DNA of 64,000 nt, from the NCBI GenBank assembly GCA_904063045.1, contig CAJFCJ010000003.1:992001-1056000 (forward strand), read 5' to 3'. Both the position numbers and the translations under genes were made by a program. The stretch is from Dimorphilus gyrociliatus. Its lineage: Eukaryota; Animalia; Annelida. This document shows, piece by piece, positions 49,705 to 63,760 of the stretch. The notes under the pieces were generated by a model. That model had not been told where the DNA came from and did not search any database. It saw only the letters and a list, made by a program, of their open reading frames with translations. The first letter of the stretch is position 1. Every line of letters begins with the position of its first letter.

Positions 49705-52700
49705 ACAATTCAAACATCGACGAATTTCAAAAGAAAACGCAAGATCTATCTATGCGAAAAATTTGTACTTCTTTTAGTTTCTTCTCCGTTTATGATTATC
49801 TCAAATATTCCTTGGCTTAGTAATTCAATATTTTATAATTCAAAAAAAGAAAATCATTTTGCCTCTATCTCTTTCACGAAGAAAATCCCCTCTCCCAAAA
49901 AAATAAAAAAAAATACAAAGGACATGAATATTTATTAGATAATTAGAATATATTCATAGTCCTTTTTGCAATGTCTTTTTTTAGTCACATATAGATCATT
50001 AAAGAAGAAGAATAATATCAATTATAGAGAAAGAATTTTAAATTGGTAAATTTTCTGGTGCTTTAGTCATTATCACACTCCACATATTTCTATATATACA
50101 GTATATACAGTATACTGTATATACCTTTATGCAGTATGTTCAATATACAATTATTATTATGACTTTTATTTTATATTTGGAGGAAGAATGTCTTTCGTTT
50201 GTGTTGTGACAATAGCATATAATTTCTCAAATTTAGCATTTGTTTACAAAAAAAAGGCCTATGTATTCATTCAAGCGTCTCAATTTATAAACTCAGCAAA
50301 AAAAAAATAGACAAGAATGATTAAAATATATAAATAAATATATATAAAAGTATAATAAACTATATATAAGACTGTTATATATAGTTTGTATTCCCTTTTG
50401 TTTTTCCTGGCCTTAATTTTAGCTGTGATTACCACTGATCATTATTTTAAATGATGTATAGAATATATGCAGTATATCTGTATGCGTGCAATATTCATAT
50501 ATACTGTATTTTTAGCAGCAATCTAACCATTGCTTTCCTTTAATTTTGTATGATTTACGGTATATTATTTGATTTTAATAATTGATAGAAAGAGAATAAT
50601 GTACACTGTTATACCCTCTTTTGAACGGATAATACAAATTCATTATTATACTTCGAAAGAGAATGGACTCTTTATCTAATAAGATTTTTAAATTGTTATC
50701 TGTTTTAATTGTATAAATCATGGAAACCAGCTGAAATGTTTAAAATTATCTTTACGAAATACTATCTTACAGTTAAAAAATAGTTTTCGCTTAGTCATAC
50801 ATTTATATAAAATATTTTATAGACGTCATGGAAAAGAAATAGAAATTATAGCCAATTCTTACCAATTTGTAATTAATAGTAAAATTCTAAGTAGCCTGCT
50901 GATTTAATTAGACAGAGTAAAGAATCTATATTTATATGATGAGTCTTTCTTCCTGATGCCCAACAGGTGAAATATAACAGCCCTTTCTCTTGTTCTAATC
51001 CCATCAATTCTTTTATGAGAGTACCTACATTAGAAACGATTGGATATGGATGTAGAGAATAAGTTTAGAATAAGAAAAGGGTATTAAATATAGAGAGTGT
51101 CGGAGATAGAAAGATAAATCTAGAAAAAACAAAAAATTGCCAATACGCGCAGTGTTTCATTATCCTTATTAGTAAGAAATCTCGTTATACCGACGATTAA
51201 AGTATCACATAATTTTCTAATATTGATAAGCATTACTGGATCAGTAAAAGTTATTCTAAAAATTGGTTGACTAGTTAGAATTTTAAATGTTAGATGGCGC
51301 GCATACGTTGAATTGACAGAACACTGTTTTTTTTAAAAAATCGATACCGATTTAATAAATATAAAATTGTTAATCGAAATTATCTATATTTTTAAACAAT
51401 GTATTAAAACGTGGCTCCATCTAATGGTTAATTGACCAGATGGTTATTGACCTAGGCAAATTGAAAAAAAACGAAAAAAAAAAAACAATAAGTTTTCTTG
51501 TTCCATTTGTAAAGTTAATAGTTTTTATATTTATATATTCAGTTAATTAACTAAATGTATTTACACTTAATTATATCTTGAGCGTAAATATTCGAAAAAT
51601 TAGAGTATTACACTGTATATACTCTACAGTATAATATAACTACATCTACTATTTATAAAAGATAATTTAATGTAAGACTACCTTAGTAAAGAGATAAATT
51701 TCCTCATATTTCATTTATTCTGATGCTGTTTTTGATTAACAAAAAAAAATCTATTTAATTACCAAACTAAAGAGAGAAAGTGATCGAATATGAAAAGGGA
51801 AACTCTTCTTATATTACTTTTCTTCTTTTTTGCTTCCTTCTCATTGCCATTAAATCACCTTTTCCTATCTTAAATAAGACTTATACATAGCAAATAATAT
51901 ATTAGTATAAACATACATATTGTATATAAATGTAGCAAGTTACTTATTGAACATGTACAAAACAAAGGTCAGGGATTTCTATGGACATGGAAAAGGATCT
52001 TGGCCTAAATTTTATTTGAATAATGCAAGTTTATATATTTATTATATAGAAATGGAATCATAAGTATGGAAAAAAAAGGCGACATGCTGAAAGAAAACAC
52101 GTCTCAGGGGAGAGAAAGTAGTGAATTTCTGCGATCAAAATATTTTTATTGCGTTAATATCGGTAATCCGGTAGACCGAGAGCCATTACCGATATCGGCT
52201 ATCAGGATGACGTTTCGTTCGGTTAAGGGAACATCGTCAATAATGACGGGAATACAATTTTCCACCCATATCTTTTCTCTCTTTTCTCTAGTAAGAAAAT
52301 TCCATTATACCCTTCCTTTCCTTCCATGAAAGATTACCATTTAAACTATGTAACTCATTCTTAAAAGAATTTGTTGATTATTATTATCATAGCAATTGCA
52401 GTATTTTTTTTAGCTCTCTCTATATATTGAACTAAACAGATTAATCTATTTTGATATATAAAAAAGAATATAGAAATAATAATTTATAATAGATTATTTA
52501 AGTTAAGTATACAACTTGGACCTAAAATAAAGTATCTCTCTTTTCGTACAATATATAACCTTCAAACACCTTGAAGATATATGTATAACGTATATTCTTA
52601 TAGATGAAATATGTAGAAAAATTGGGAATACAAATTGACGAGAGAGAAAGAGAGCGATGGAAAAAATGATAAATAGGTCATAGGCGAATTTTTATAACAC

Positions 52701-55700
52701 TGTGAATTATAATACTTAACTTTCTAACCTATATATTTAATTATGCTTTTTATCATTTTTATATTTTTATGTATGTTTATATAAATACTGTAAAAATACA
52801 GATGGAAAGTTTTTTATATATAAAAATACTGTTAAGGGAAAAGAAAATACTAAAAAAATAGTAATAGAGAATTAAATTTGGTAAAAGAGAGAAAAATAAG
52901 AAATAACTACTTGTCAATTCCAAACGAAACACCTGTAGATGGTTTATACGTCTTGATAAGATAGATAACTTATCCAACAAAATTTTTTTATCTATTTTAA
53001 ATTTTGAAGTGGATCTTCTGTATGAATGAAATAATGTACTTAATTAAGAATATATTGAACTTTTAATTCTCAACTAGCGATATAATCTTTTATTAATTAA
53101 TGAATGTTTTATAAAAAAAACGAGACCGGTAATAAAAAAAACTACGAAACTCAGTCTGTAGTATCATCTTTTATTTGAGGTTTAATATTTCTTGTCCCAA
53201 TTTATTCTATATTTCTTTTTTCTTCTTCTCGTTGCATAATAACATATAGATGTCCTTATGTAGATTCTACTTATTAATAAATGAAAATTATATTCCTCCA
53301 AAATGGAAAAATAGGGATGATATAGTATAGATAACGGGAGAAATAAGGTAGGATATAAAGGAAAAGGAGGGAGAAGATGATTGGGTTTCTGTTTGGTTTG
53401 CAACTAGAATTAGTCGAATTATAGAGCCCTTAGCTTCAAGATGGTAGAAATTTCGATTTAAATCGGTCTATAAAAGGACCTTAGAGGAAAGGTTAACGTT
53501 CTTGTCTTCCGGGACTAAAAAGTAGGATATTCTTCTGAAAAAGTAGGAGTTTCTCCCATTTCACGCTTTCCTTTGTTATTTATCTATCTTGATTAGCTTA
53601 GAACTCATGTAGTACTCAAATTCAGGGTTAGATTACAATCCTTATCATTACGGCACTCATCAAACAATTCAATTTAGCAAAAAGAACTTTATATTGTTCT
53701 TCTATTATCAAGACATTTTCTATTTACGTCATTACAAATCATTGTATTACGAATTACTTTTCTTTTTTTTATGAAGAATTTCCGGGAGTTTGATGCAGCC
53801 GGAAGATAAATAATCATAAGAATATTTCCTACGTAACATTATACACGTTACCCTGTCTATCTCTTTTTCTCTCTCGTTCTCCCTCTCTCCTCTTTCGTTG
53901 TTTGCCAATGAGAATAGAAAAAAAAAGATAGTATAACACACTCGCACTATTTTTCTGTTTTTTTTTATATGTAAAAATAACTTTAAATGGCACTGAACTT
54001 GCAATATTTTTGACGAAAGAACACTGTAGATGAAACAACAGCGTAGATTTTATATATTTAATAATACGATATTTAAAACATCAACCATCATATGGATATT
54101 TACCAAATATGACCTTTTAACATGATTAAATTAAGAATTAGCTCACTAGGAACCTTACTATTACCCGATTACAGCAATTTTTTTAATGCGTGCTTATTTA
54201 GTTTCTAATTTCTACTATTAGTCGCATTCAAGTATTTCCTATATACTGTATACTTTTATGTTACATATTTAAAATGATAAAATAACTATTTTTTTTAAAA
54301 AAAAATATTTTAAAAATGTTATCAGTCTCTTCGTTTTCACTACTGTTATGTGAGTAGTTCTTTGTAAATATATATAATGTCTATAGTTAAATATATATAT
54401 ATATATACATTATATAGATGTATTTATATATTAGTATATACTGTATATATAATAATCCGCCTCATTCTTTCTCCAAAGAAAAATTTTAATCATTTGGGAA
54501 TTTCTTTAAGAAGATATAGAAGAAAAGTGAGAAATGAAATGAAATATAAGAAAAGTCATATAATGCAAATATTAATTCAGCATAGTTGATCTTCATTATT
54601 ATTGTTCTATTTTAATAAACAATCGAAAAAAAATTCTAGGAATTTCTTTTCTTATTTTTTTTGTAATTTTCTTTTTTTCTTTTAGTCTATTCACTATTTC
54701 TCTTGCTCTTGCTCCCTCTCTCCCTCTCCCTCTCCCTCCTGTCTCTCTCTATCTAGCTCTATCTCTATCTCTCTCTCTCTCTTCCTCTCTCCCTTTCACT
54801 TACGTTTTGTTGTATCCCAGTTGTTTCTGGTCTTTCCTCTTTTACATTTGCTAACTAGTTTAGTCCAAAAGAATATTAAAATTAAGAATAAAAACGATGG
54901 TCTCATAAGGCAAATATGACGTGTATTTATTTAGTAAAGCCTTTGCGCTCCAGTTTGCGGATAGGAAGAAAAAATTGCAACAGCTTAAAGCGTGTTTGGA
55001 GAGGAATTACTTGTATTTTTGCTAATTTTTCATATAATTACTTTTTCATTTAAATAAGAAAAAAATAATAATATGTCAATTAAAATGTTGCTAGAAAAGC
55101 AAAAAATATATGTATTTATATATACTGTATATAAGGACGAAGGAAACATAGGGTAATTTTACCTGTGGAAAGAATAAAATAGACTTTTTTCCATGTGTGT
55201 ATATGTGCGTGTGTATGTGTATATATGTGTGTATGCATATGTGTATGTTATCTTTTTTGTTCCTATCAATCTCTTCTTGTCGTACTTGAACTATTACTTT
55301 TGCGAATTAAATAAACTTTGGAAAACTATCAATTGTATAAAAGCATCTGGAAATATAAGATTTTTGCTTTATTTTTTAGAGGGAAAATAAAGAGTGCCAC
55401 CTGGTTTAAACGATCTTTGTCTCTAAAACCAGATTCTTGAGCAGCGATTAAAGCAATTTGTTTTATAGGATTTGCATGTCATAATTGTTGTATTGAGCTT
55501 ACGTACAAAATTATTTATATATATATGGTCAATTGCCCTAATTAGGAAGTAAGATTATCGATTGATTGACGCCACATACGAATAACTGCGGTTAATGGAC
55601 CCAGGGAGCGTATTGTTAGAGAATTTAGCGAATGCGTGAATTAGGTTTTTTTTTTGTTAAAAGCGTCTATTCATACTTCAGCTAAGAACATGTTATTTTG

Positions 55701-55898
55701 TTTAAAATAAAATAGTTTTTCTCCCTTATCCATTGTTTATGTATTATTATTTTTAGTTTCTGCCAGTTCGGGGCACCAATCGAGCAAAATTATTTAAAGC
55801 AATGTTTATAGTGAAATTTACAACAGCTAACGAATGAATAAGTAGTTGAAATAGAGAAAGGATGAGGGGCAGGAGGAGGAAGAGGGAGGGGGAGGGGG

Positions 55899-55902
<4 letters not shown>

Positions 55903-55973
<71 letters not shown>

Positions 55974-56020
55974 GAGAGAGAGACAGAGAGAGACAGAGAG
56001 ATAGATAGATAGAGAGATAG

Positions 56021-56072
<52 letters not shown>
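55903..56072. repeat. Compound (AG)n/(AGAC)/(AGAT)n microsatellite
   Basis: Seen directly; ~680 bp upstream of the ATPase beta start codon. Confidence 0.95.
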
Positions 56073-56073
<1 letters not shown>

Positions 56074-56749
56074 AACTAGATAGAAAGAGCAATAACGTAA
56101 AAGAGAAGGATAGTAATGGTGGGTTGAAAGTAATAGGGTGTAGAGAAATTTCTCCATTTTCCTTTTTTTTTAAACAAAAATAAACTATTCTATTCTCCTT
56201 GCAAGTCCTCTGATTTTTTATTTTCAATGATTTTTAACAATCCCTGTATTGAATTTATCAAATATATAAAATTTTTATTTAAATATTGTCTTACACTACT
56301 AGGACTAAAGATAAAATTGGAAAAATACACCGTATTATTCATAAATTCTCATATTGATTTTGACTGTTACTCAACAACACTAATGTACAATAGTTGTTAA
56401 TTAGTTATTCTGATACGTGTATTATCGTTATTTGAAAAATTTTAATGAATACATAATCTTAGAATTTATAAGTGATAATTTATCGAAAGATGGCGCTGCA
56501 TAAAACACTTATTCATCATATTAAATTTAGTAGCTTTTTTTGGCTAATTTAAATGATTTATAGCAATTTGGGTCAATAAAATTTATAAGTATTTTTTTTT
56601 AAATTTACCTAATATCTCTTTCAGTAAATTTATAGAAAATAAAAGGGCGATATTATAATGAGTACAATATTGAAAAAAAAAACCAACGAGCGCCACCTGC
56701 CCCAACATCCGGGACTCGATTCGTTCCCCGGCTCATTTTGCCTAAAAAC

Positions 56750-59700
56750 ATGGCGTCGTCAGATTCCAATAATCAGTCAAAATTACAGGCTTTTCTTGAG
56801 TTTATGTACGATAGTAAAAATGGCACTGTTATGGGCAGAACCGGAATTAGCTGGGGTAAGTGTTTATTGTCAGATATTCCTTCGTTTTCGATCGATTATG
56901 GGCAATATATATTGACCTTGAATACGTCGTGCTCTTTTAAAAAAAAGAAGCATGTTTGAGTAGTTTAACTGTGTCTCATATGTTCGATAAATAATATTAT
57001 ACGTAAAAAATCATTTCCAGTAGTGTTTTGTATTGGAACTAGAAATACCTCAAAATGTGTTACGGTTGATTGACCCTCAAAAGTGTATCACCTGTGGATC
57101 GCTTTGGTCTCTCAAGTATAAGCATAGTATCTATCAAAATGTATTAAACAACTTTTTCATTATTTATCAGTACGAAAAAAAAAATCGAATTTTTCTTAGC
57201 TGAACGAAAAAAATCGAATCATATTCAAACTAAACTGAGGACGTAAATCGATGATAGTATTTACCGAATAGAAATTGTTCTATTCGAAAAGAAATTGATT
57301 GACGAAAATTTTCTTTCTTTTCAATCGATATTATATAAAGTCTAGGTAGAGGTCTACAAGTTAAAAGGGGACAATAGGGTCGATGCAGGAAAAACCTCTA
57401 TTTTAGTCACGTGACAGTATGCCACAAGTTATATTTAAGAGACGACGCGCTTTTTTATTCATGACATTAAAGAAGTATAAAAAAAGTCTAGGTTTTTTTT
57501 TATAAGGCTGGGACTTAAGGAAAAGTTTTTGGGTAATCTGTTTAGTGTCTTAGGCTATTAAAAAAGACATCAGGCAAAGGCTGTAAGGTTCAAAGATGGT
57601 TACATTAAGGATTTAGATCTTTGACAGGTACAGTTTTCGTTATAGTAAGCTCCCTGGAGATTTAATTTAAAATATCACTCATAACCCATATGCTATTAAT
57701 TTTATAAAACCATTTAATATCATGTGATCTCTTATTAATTAAAAGACATAGATTAATCTGTTTAATGAATTGTGAGATGGTAATTTTCATACGTTTCAAA
57801 CGTTTTATATTCGTTTATTCAAAGTAACAATGGTAATAATATGACCTTTCTATCTAAACAGCAAAAATCGGAGTGTTCTACCTCGTCTTCTATTCGTGCC
57901 TGGCAGCTTTCTTCGCCGCCATGTTGGCCCTCTTCTTCACCACAATCGATAAAAATGAACCAAGACTTCAAGGATATGACAGTCTACTGAAAATGAATCC
58001 AGGTTTGAATTTAAAATTCATTTCTTTGTGAGTCAATATTTTTTCAAGCAGACGACTATTTTTTCCTTTAAACGCTAATGAGAATACAGCCTCAAAAAAC
58101 TTTGTGCCCTTTTGATAAGTGAGATAAGATAGGCCCAGTTATTTTATTGCAAGATAATATAATGTAGATCGCTATATATATATTTATAGAAAATTTTTCC
58201 ACTCTGCTCTTATCGATTCGATAATTTTTACTGGGTGTCAATCGGTGTTGGCGAGTGCGTCTAAAAAAATTAAACACATTTTTCTTTGCGATAACACAAT
58301 GATAATACTTGAGCTTTGAAATCCATTGTCTTGGAAGTATTCAATATCTCGAATGAATACTAAGCCGAAAGTTTATCATCGATAGCTACAACAATAGCTC
58401 TACCATACTAACTTAAGTATTGATAATAACAAGTAATCGTGGTTTATTCCCCTCCTCCATAATTTATCTGTCTTTCCCGTTGTATAAATTATTAAATTAG
58501 CATACAGCTTTTGAATTTTTGTATGCATGTCCTAGTTGAAGGTCGTATGTAAATGTTTGCAAATACTTCAGAATGAATGGCAAATATTGCTTGCTTAGAA
58601 ATTTTTATTACAGATCGTCTTTTGTAGGCTAAAAACACGTCTTTTGTCGATTCAAGTGTTTGTTTTATCGTACAGCAATAATCATTACCTATTTTTGTTT
58701 GTCTTTCAAGAGTTACAACTAAGCATTACTTTAATGAATTAATTTAATGTTAATTAAATTCGACCTTTAGGAAAAATCGTTGTGAAATTTCTTTCAGTAT
58801 TGATACCTTTTTTGTGAAGAAAACACCCTTTTTTTATTAATGGAGATGCATACTGGCTGGTAATTGATTCCGATTTCGTAATTTATTTCATTGATATGTA
58901 TCACGTAAAAAAGAGCGTATAATAGATAGATTTTTCATTCACTCGAAGCAGACCTAGAAAGCGAAAATCTAGGCAAAGTTATTGATTAGGCAGTATTGAT
59001 CTATTAACATTTTGTGCTGATATTGCGTTTTTAGACGTGGGAAGAAGTTGCACTATTATTGCAAACGATTCTTCTATGCGAATGTGACAGATGGATTACA
59101 CGAGCCAATTTTGCATTCTTGACTTAGACAACTGTTGGGTCGTTTAAGAAACTTGACTTGTATTTCTTTTTTTTGTTGGTCTGATCTGTCTTGGTTTGTC
59201 ACATAGCTTTGATACTTTCTTCTATAAATTTGAGAGAAGAAGTCGTGCGAATGATGTATTGCAATCAAATCTGATATTGGTAGCAAAGTTAGAATTAAAT
59301 ATAATAGTCAAGCCGACAAACTAAAATTGGCAAGGTGCAATTATTATGAATCAGAGGGCTAATCATTTATATTCCTGAAAGCCAGTAATAGAAAAAAATC
59401 GTTCGTCCGATTTAAAATAGGTACAGATATTTATTTTAGTGTAAATATATCTTATAGATATATATTCTATCGATATCTTTTAATTTTTTTTCAATGCTGT
59501 AAATGCTGATTAAAAGTAATGTAAAATAAACGTCATACGTTATAGTTTTCGGTTTTGTATATATCACTGTTTAGAGAGTATTTTTCGTTGAAAAAAAAAG
59601 GACGAAACCAATAGGACTCAACGTATAATTGATGCGAATGGGATTAGGCTGACGTAATGATTCAATAATCCTTTATTAACAAGACCGACAGGAGCGGTTT

Positions 59701-62700
59701 GTCTTTCATTTTGTTTCTAAAAATGGAAGAAAAAAATTAGCTATTTCTCCAAGAGGCGTAAGACGAAGTAATGCACTATTCGAAGGCTGCGAGGTAAAAT
59801 TCTCCTCGAGGCGTCCAACGGCTTTTTATATATTTGCAAGCAAAGTTACGAGATTTTTCCATACTGACGTCACTTGTTTACGGTTAGGTTAGGCAAAAGG
59901 CCCCGAAATGCCGAAGCTTAGAAGGATTCTTTTGCATGGTTTGTAGTCTGATTGCGTCCTTTCGGACGCAGGCAGCTGTTTACGTAAACTTTACCATCTT
60001 GGCGAATATTTCGCTGAGCTTGCGCTTTACTCTGCGGTTTTTTTGCAGTTGGCAGGTGTGAGTAAAAAGATTGGGTGTTGATATACTTTGTTTTAGAAGC
60101 TAGTTTATAAATTAAAAAGATTCCACATCAATTTATAATATAAATGCAACGATTTCATTACAAGAAAATGATATATTTTTTTACTGAAATTATACTCTAT
60201 TTGAATGGTACTCTCATGGCAAACAAGAAATACAGTAATGAAAATATAATTTTTTCTATATATTTTGCGCTGCAACAACATTGTTGTTTATCCTGCTGTG
60301 TAAAAAAAAAGCCTTTGACTATTAAACAACGTCATGCTAGATTTTATAGTTTTATAAGTCAAATTGTCTTTTCTTCTTTGGATAAATTTAAAATGGAGAG
60401 AAAATGGTTTAAATCTTTTTTCTTCAGAGTAGAAAATGTGTTTATAATTAGTTTAGTTTTAGTTTCACATCAAATTTTACGGAATATTCTCTATGGATCA
60501 AATATTTCTCGTAGCAAATCAATCAGGAGTTTAGCAAATAAGAAGATAGTTTTCTACATTTTTCTCTCGAAGTATTCCTCTGATACATACTCCCCTACAA
60601 ATAACTTGTTCTTTTTGATCTATCTACGTGGAAAATATCGTATAAAATTTGCTATATATCTACATAGGAGTAAACAACTATTTTGATGAATTTGGCTTAA
60701 ATATATAAATATTTTTGATACTTTTACGTTTTTATAAACATTTAAAGAGGGAATGTAGAGCAAATACTTTTTTCTTTCGATAACATTATTGCAAATGAGT
60801 TGTACTATTGACCGGTAGCTAGATGTCTAATTACAGAAAAACAATTACAAGCGTGCATAGGAGTGTGAAGAAACTATTATTTGTTGACAATGTTGTGTGT
60901 TAATTATGGGAGGAAAAGGATTTGATGAAAGAAAATATTTCTTTTTCGTATAGCGTAAAAGGGTTCGGTTTATATTGTAAATTGAAATTCGTTATTATCA
61001 GTAAATGGAGCGTTTATTATTAGAGATTATAGGTTTGCACAACGTTGGTGCGTGTAAAGAGATTAAGTGTTCGATACTTAATGTTTGTATTCATAGGAAA
61101 TATGCATCATTTGTTTTGGTATTACCGTTACCAGATAAAGATTTTTTTAGACAGATCATTTAGCTTTATAAAGATTTGCTAGAGTGAGATCACGAAGGAA
61201 ATAAGATTTTCTTTAAGGCTAAATTGCAATTTTATTGGCAGTTATTAACTGCTAAAAATTCATCAGACAGTGAAATAGCTGATTAAAAATTGATATAAAA
61301 TATCAAATTGTCTATCAATCTTCAGGAAAGTCCATCACATATATGGAGAGAGTCCATCAAATTGTATTCGTTATTGTTAGAAAAGAATGTAGACGGAAGA
61401 TATGTAAGTCGGTACGGATTTAGGGCGCTACTGTTGTTAAATAACGATGGATTTTTATGTTTTCTCCTCTATTCACGAAATATAAATACCGTTAAAAAGT
61501 AAATCATTTTATACTCTTTCGAGTACCTATTTTATAAGATTATTGTGGAAATTTTTTAATGGGCGTATTGACACCGTCAAGTATTCAGATTAGGTCAAGA
61601 TTGCCACTCCCGATCATTGATCTTGATCGATTGCGATGAACGACGAAAGTTGTAAAACTTTCTTTCGACAGTCTGCTTGAAATATATTTTATTACATTTT
61701 TCCTTAATTACCAATAAATATTAGTTATGTTTTTTAATCAATAGGTATGAGTTTCGAACCCCAAGTCAACGTGGAATCGACTTTGATTAGATTTCAAGCT
61801 GACAGTCAGGAACAAATCAAGGATAGGCTTCAAACATTTATGAAACGTAAGTTTTTATATGATATTTATTTTTATCTATCTTTTTGATACTCTTGACTCC
61901 ATTGACGTAAACCGCAGATTACCGTAGATAAACTCTTAACGTAAATGTCATCCTGAATTGCAAAGTAACCTTTGTAGACGTCAAGATAAATTTTATTTGA
62001 AATTTAATAGATTTTTAGAGATTTTGACCATGAATACGCTATTCGCTCTATTGATATATGAAAGAAGATATTTTTAAGTTAAAAATAGAAAAGAGTTTTG
62101 CTAAATGTCAGCGAGGACAGACGATTGCAATTAGATAAAATTTAATGTGTCACTACTTGTTACAGCTTATTTAAAAGAGAACAAAGACAACTTAAAAGAT
62201 TGTGGAGATGACGAAGAGGCAGATGACGAATCCGGCTGCATAGTAAAAGATAGTTGGTCAGCAATTGATTGCCACGAGGTAAGGAAAATATTTTTAGAAT
62301 TATTCTGTATATATATGATAAAATGGCTTATTGTAATTGACACACAAAACTTGATTTATCTTCGATATCCTGACTTTTTTAGACTTCGTTTAGCTATAGA
62401 TAGGCAGCTAATAAGAATTAAGACTTCATTATCTATAAGCATAAAGTTTTTAATCATGTCGTAGAAAGAAGTAAACTCGATCACTATATGGTATTCTTCC
62501 ATAAACGATTCTGATAGTTACCTTCAAGATAAAAAAGACATGCGGCTTATATATTAACAGTAGATATAGATAGTAAAACAAGCAAATCTCGTTGAAAAAA
62601 AAAGACATAGTCTCTTGAAGGAGACTTAATGTTTTTTTTAAACAATTTTTATAAATATAGGCTTGATAAAGAATATCTATAATTAAGAATGCTGTCTAAT

Positions 62701-63128
62701 ATCAGTTTAACTATTTTCAGAAAAATGATTATGGTTTCACATCTTCTACGCCATGCGTTGCGCTTACTCTTAATAGAATATACGGTTGGAAACCAGAAGT
62801 TTTCGAAAGTGGGAATACATCTTCAGACATCCCGGCAGAAGTACAAGCAAAATTTGACGGCAACCATGTTGTTGTCGGATGTTTTGGAGAAAACCCACTA
62901 GATAAAGAATTAGTGGGTCAAATTCAATATTCAGTTGTTGGTTTCCACAAGAAATTTTACCCCTACAAGCAACAACGTGGATATTTGTCACCAGTCGTCA
63001 TGATAAAATTTAAAAATATTAGAGAAGGTGTTCTTGTGCAAGTAGAATGTAAAGCTTATGCCAAAAATATTAAACATCACCGTAACGATAGAGCGGGTTC
63101 GACGCATTTCGAGATTATCTCAGATTAA
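56750..63128 (+). CDS. ATP1B: Na+/K+-ATPase beta subunit (nervana-like); exons 56750..56855, 57862..58002, 61745..61847, 62166..62278, 62721..63128
   Basis: FMYDSKNGTVMGRTGISW|AKIGVFYLVFYSCLAAFF (family N-terminus and TM helix), NPG..VESTLI, DYGF..PCVALTLNRIYGWKP, FYPY..GYLSPVVMIKF, VECKAYAKNI..DRAGSTHFEI. One splice-phase mismatch between exons 3 and 4 (see findings). Confidence 0.93.
57406..57415. promoter_or_regulatory. Perfect GTCACGTGAC palindrome (CLEAR/USF/MITF-type E-box) in intron 1
   Basis: The 10-bp consensus is seen directly; function is untested. Confidence 0.35.
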
Positions 63129-63245
63129 ACGTGGTTTTTTGTTTAACAAATTTAAGTTTTAGGAGCGTTAGATTATATTTTCCTTTTTTTTCATTTCATA
63201 TTATTATCCCATTGATTTATTTGTTGCGGTTGTAATGTTTGTGTG

Positions 63246-63293
63246 AAAAAGCGGGCTTTTTAAAACATTTCGAGCTTCTTAAGCCCGCTTTTT
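63246..63293 (+). other. 13-bp perfect stem-loop in the probable ATP1B 3' UTR
   Basis: AAAAAGCGGGCTT (63246..63258) pairs with AAGCCCGCTTTTT (63281..63293); 22-nt loop. Confidence 0.7.
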
Positions 63294-63554
63294 TGGGTTG
63301 TTAATTTCTTTTCCGTGAATATTTTCCTTTTGCAAACGCGGTTGGTAGTGTTTAAAATCAGCCTATAGTCTTTTTGAAATACTTATGGCCCGTTTTCATC
63401 AACTGCGTTAAAGATAAATTACTTAAATTACTTTTATTTTTAAAACATTTCATTGGCTAAAAATATTAATATTTGTAAAAAATGAAACCTCAGTTCCATT
63501 CTTTTATCTTTTATCTTTTAAAAAATTTCTGTGCTTTCGTCGATCATGTATGAA

Positions 63555-63760
63555 TGTACATATACATATATAGTGTATATAAATATATTCATTTGCATAT
63601 GTATATATATATGTATGTATATATATATGTGTGTGTACAAATATATTAGCATGTATATATATATAGATATGGATATATGATTATATATATATATATATGT
63701 ATGTGTGAATTTATAAATGTACATATATATATATATTTATATATATATATATTTGTATAT
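63555..63760. repeat. Degenerate (TA)/(TG) low-complexity tract
   Basis: Seen directly. Confidence 0.85.

Noticed and set aside
55753-56227. 134-aa and 145-aa minus-strand ORFs (LSLSLS/YLSI repeats)
   Set aside because: Translations of the compound microsatellite.
60144-60686. 180-aa ORF within ATP1B intron 2
   Set aside because: Composition mirrors AT-rich codons (F, I, K, S, Y), with no domain motif or matching splice sites; cannot be excluded without RNA-seq but is unsupported.
63246-63293. Rho-independent terminator reading of the hairpin plus U-run; also CRISPR, rRNA and tRNA searches by eye
   Set aside because: The context is a spliced eukaryotic gene. No regularly spaced repeat-spacer array, rRNA or cloverleaf was seen anywhere in the window.
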